NCBI GenBank assembly: GCA_963727185.1 | Contig: CAVSFP010000006.1 | Location: 259,135 to 323,134 of the forward strand | Length of the DNA: 64,000 bases | Reading direction: 5' to 3' | Origin: an uncultured Actinomycetes bacterium | GTDB taxonomy: Bacteria > Actinomycetota > UBA4738 > HRBIN12 | Part shown: piece after piece, positions 61,707 through 64,000 of the stretch | Layout: every line of letters starts with the position of its first letter | Numbering within the stretch: the stretch's first letter is position 1 | Translations under genes and position numbers: made by a program | Notes under the pieces: generated by a model | What the model was told of the DNA's origin: nothing | The model's database searches: none | Seen by the model: the letters and a program-made list of their open reading frames with translations, nothing else

Positions 61707-61744
61707 GTTTCCCCCGGATGACCTCTCGGTTACGAACGCGTTAC
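61707..61744 (-). promoter_or_regulatory. candidate GlnR-box array GTAAC-n6-GTAAC-n6-GTCAT-n6-GAAAC in the glnA/glnD intergenic region
   Basis: On the minus strand there are four 5-nt boxes with 11-nt periodicity, 74-111 nt upstream of glnA. This resembles the actinobacterial gTnAc-n6-GaAAc consensus. Confidence 0.45.
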
Positions 61745-61797
61745 GCGTGCCTATCGCGGCGGTGAGCATCGCCGGACGGCCCGTAGCATCCGAAGAC

Positions 61798-64000
61798 ATG
61801 GGCCTCGAACGCGGTCCGTTGCTGGCCGAACAGACGCTCTCCGGGCGGAGCTGGTGCCGCGCCCACAGCGATCTCGTCGACGGCTGGCTCTCCGAGCTCT
61901 TCGAGAACGCCGCAGGAGCTGAGACCTCCGGGCTTTCGCTCGTGGCGATCGGTGGATACGGTCGGGCCGAGCTCTGCCCGCGAAGCGACATCGACGTCAT
62001 GTTCCTCCACGACCGGCGCATCGACGTCGGCGCGATCGCCGAGCGACTCTGGTACCCGGTCTGGGAGCAGGAGCTGCATCTGGGTCACAGCGTCACGACG
62101 GTTCGCGACGCGCTCGCGCTCGGGGCCGTCGATCTCGAAACGGCGACCGCCCTCCTGTCGGCTCGGCTGGTCGCAGGCGATCCCGCGCCGGTCGCGGCGC
62201 TCGCGGATGGATCGCTCGAGCGATGGCGGAGGCGTCCGAGGCTCGTCCTGTCGCAGCTCGCCGAGCGCGTCGAGCATCGACACGAGAAGGCCGGGGAGAT
62301 CGCGTTCCGGTCGGAGCCTGATCTGAAGGAGGGCAGGGGAGGGCTGCGCGATGTCCACACGCTCCGGTGGGCGGAAGCCACGCGACCGATCCTGTTCGAC
62401 GGAGACGAGGCGGTCCTCGATGACGCGTATACGGCGCTGCTCGACGCCCGGGTCGCGCTACAGCGCCTGACGTCGCGTCCGACGAACGTGCTGACCATGG
62501 AGCATCAGGCGGGGGTCGCCGCTTCCCTCGGTCTGTCGGGCGCCGACGAGCTGATGGCTCGCATCGCCGCAGCCGCTCGAGCCATCGCGTGGACCAGTGA
62601 CGACGCGTGGAGACGACGGTCCGTTCCGCGTGTGCGCGCGGGATCGTCCCGGTCTCGGCCGGTCGGCCCCGGGCTACTGATCGAGGGCTCCGAGGTGCGC
62701 CTCGCCGACGATGCCGACCTGCAGGGCCCGACGTTGGTGCTCCGCGCGGCGGTCTCCGCGGCTCGCGCGGGCTCCGTCATCGAACGCCGGTCGCTCGAAC
62801 GGCTGGCCGCGGCGGCGTCTCCCTGGATCGAGCCGTGGCATCCCGACGCTCGCGCTCTCCTGGTCGAGCTGCTGCGCACGGGTGATCCGGCCATCCCCGT
62901 GATCGAGGCGCTCGATCGAAGGGGAGCGTGGGGCTGCATCCTGCCCGAATGGCTCTCGGTGCGTTCACTCCCGCAGCCGGGAGCGCTCCACGATTTCAGC
63001 GTCGACCGGCACCTGCTGGAGACGGCCGCCGCCGCCGCGGCCCTCGCGCCGCGGGTCTCCCGGCCGGACCTCCTGCTGGTCGCGGCGCTCCTGCACGACA
63101 TCGGCAAGGGGTCCCGCGGCGATCACACCGAGGCCGGCGTCGAGATCGCCGCTCGCCTCTGTCGGCGGATGGGGTTCCCACCGGACGACGTCGTCACTAT
63201 CGCGGGACTCGTCGAGCACCATCTGCTGCTCCGCGACGTCGCGTCCCGCCGCGACGTCGACGACCCGACCACCGCGCACCGCGTGGCGAGCGCGGTCGGG
63301 TCGATCGAGCAGCTTCGCTTGCTCGCGGCGCTCACGGAAGCCGACGGTCTGGCCACGGGGGCGACGGCGTGGGATCCCTGGACCGCCCAGCTGCTCGCCG
63401 AGCTCGTCGACCGGGTCGCGCATCAACTCCGCGGGTGGAGGGAGGCTCCCGATGCGACGACCTCGTTCCCGACGGCAGATCAGTTGGCGCGCCTGTTGTC
63501 CGGCGACCGGCGGCTCGACGTCTCCGACGACGTGTTGACCGTCATGACCGAGGATCGTCCGGGCGTCTTCAGTCGCGTGGCGGGCGTCCTGGCCATCCAC
63601 GGTCTCGACGTGCGCGCAGCATCCGCGTACTCGACCCAGGGATGGGCGCTCGCCGAGTTCCGCGTGACCGATCCGCTCCGCGACGAAACGCCGTGGCACC
63701 GGGTGACGGCGGATCTCGACCTCGCGCTCGACGGCCGACTCGCGATCCAGGCCCGGCTGAGCGAGCGCGTGCGGACGTACGCACGTGCGACGCACGGCGC
63801 GCTCGACGATCGCGAGCCGACGGTCGCCTTCGACGATCGAGCGTCCGTCGATGCGACCGTCATCGATGTCCTGGCTCCCGACGGGATCGGCGTCCTGTAC
63901 CGGATCACGCACGCGCTCGCCGAGCTGGACCTCGACATCCGTTCGGCGAAGGTGCAGACGCTCGGCACCCGCGTCCACGACGCGTTCTACGTGCGCGACC
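61798..64000 (+). CDS. glnD: [protein-PII] uridylyl/adenylyl-transferase GlnD; 3' end outside window
   Basis: Frame 1 is open from 61762 to the window end, so it is absent from the track. GGYGRAELCPRSDIDVMFL (nucleotidyltransferase), LLHDIGKG (HD) and ACT-like repeats. The start is ATG at 61798 or GTG at 61762. Confidence 0.9.
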   Translation, partial: MGLERGPLLAEQTLSGRSWCRAHSDLVDGWLSELFENAAGAETSGLSLVAIGGYGRAELCPRSDIDVMFLHDRRIDVGAIAERLWYPVWEQELHLGHSVTTVRDALALGAVDLETATALLSARLVAGDPAPVAALADGSLERWRRRPRLVLSQLAERVEHRHEKAGEIAFRSEPDLKEGRGGLRDVHTLRWAEATRPILFDGDEAVLDDAYTALLDARVALQRLTSRPTNVLTMEHQAGVAASLGLSGADELMARIAAAARAIAWTSDDAWRRRSVPRVRAGSSRSRPVGPGLLIEGSEVRLADDADLQGPTLVLRAAVSAARAGSVIERRSLERLAAAASPWIEPWHPDARALLVELLRTGDPAIPVIEALDRRGAWGCILPEWLSVRSLPQPGALHDFSVDRHLLETAAAAAALAPRVSRPDLLLVAALLHDIGKGSRGDHTEAGVEIAARLCRRMGFPPDDVVTIAGLVEHHLLLRDVASRRDVDDPTTAHRVASAVGSIEQLRLLAALTEADGLATGATAWDPWTAQLLAELVDRVAHQLRGWREAPDATTSFPTADQLARLLSGDRRLDVSDDVLTVMTEDRPGVFSRVAGVLAIHGLDVRAASAYSTQGWALAEFRVTDPLRDETPWHRVTADLDLALDGRLAIQARLSERVRTYARATHGALDDREPTVAFDDRASVDATVIDVLAPDGIGVLYRITHALAELDLDIRSAKVQTLGTRVHDAFYVRD

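Overview
High-GC (about 70%) chromosomal segment, almost certainly from an actinobacterium (CrgA, a GlnR-like orphan regulator with glnA/glnD, a PcaL-type fusion, GTGA/ATGA-coupled operons). I see no rRNA, CRISPR array, transposase or integrase. Gene content, left to right: menC-like enolase (partial); a five-gene Mau-like cluster built around a methylamine-dehydrogenase light-chain homologue, without heavy chain or MauG (0.86-4.3 kb); a LivFGHM-type ABC importer; a 4-hydroxybenzoate/protocatechuate (pobA, pcaHGB-L) block with IclR regulator; VIT transporter and Dyp peroxidase; an 8.9 kb mosaic segment between a tRNA-Ala 5' half fragment and an intact tRNA-Ala, holding gene remnants, a lower-GC phosphoesterase and an ApbE-centred redox cluster; YCII plus ECF sigma; cell-wall hydrolases and a coiled-coil membrane protein; PQQ sugar dehydrogenase; an orphan CoxL-like molybdoenzyme; GT1, S9 peptidase, crgA, penicillin acylase, two ABC exporters, fadD, GNAT, HAD; sulfate assimilation (cysG-like, cysH, cysX-like, sirA); dapA-like and proline dehydrogenase; GlnR-like regulator, glnA, glnD (partial). 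Two stretches (about 8.76-17.62 kb and 53.3-57.45 kb) and four isolated genes carry single-base frameshifts in short G/C runs. I call these genes pseudogenes, but consensus error is at least as likely as real decay. The most unusual candidates are the orphan Mau-like cluster and the ApbE/ferric-reductase cluster. All coordinates were derived by hand, and family assignments are from motif recognition only.
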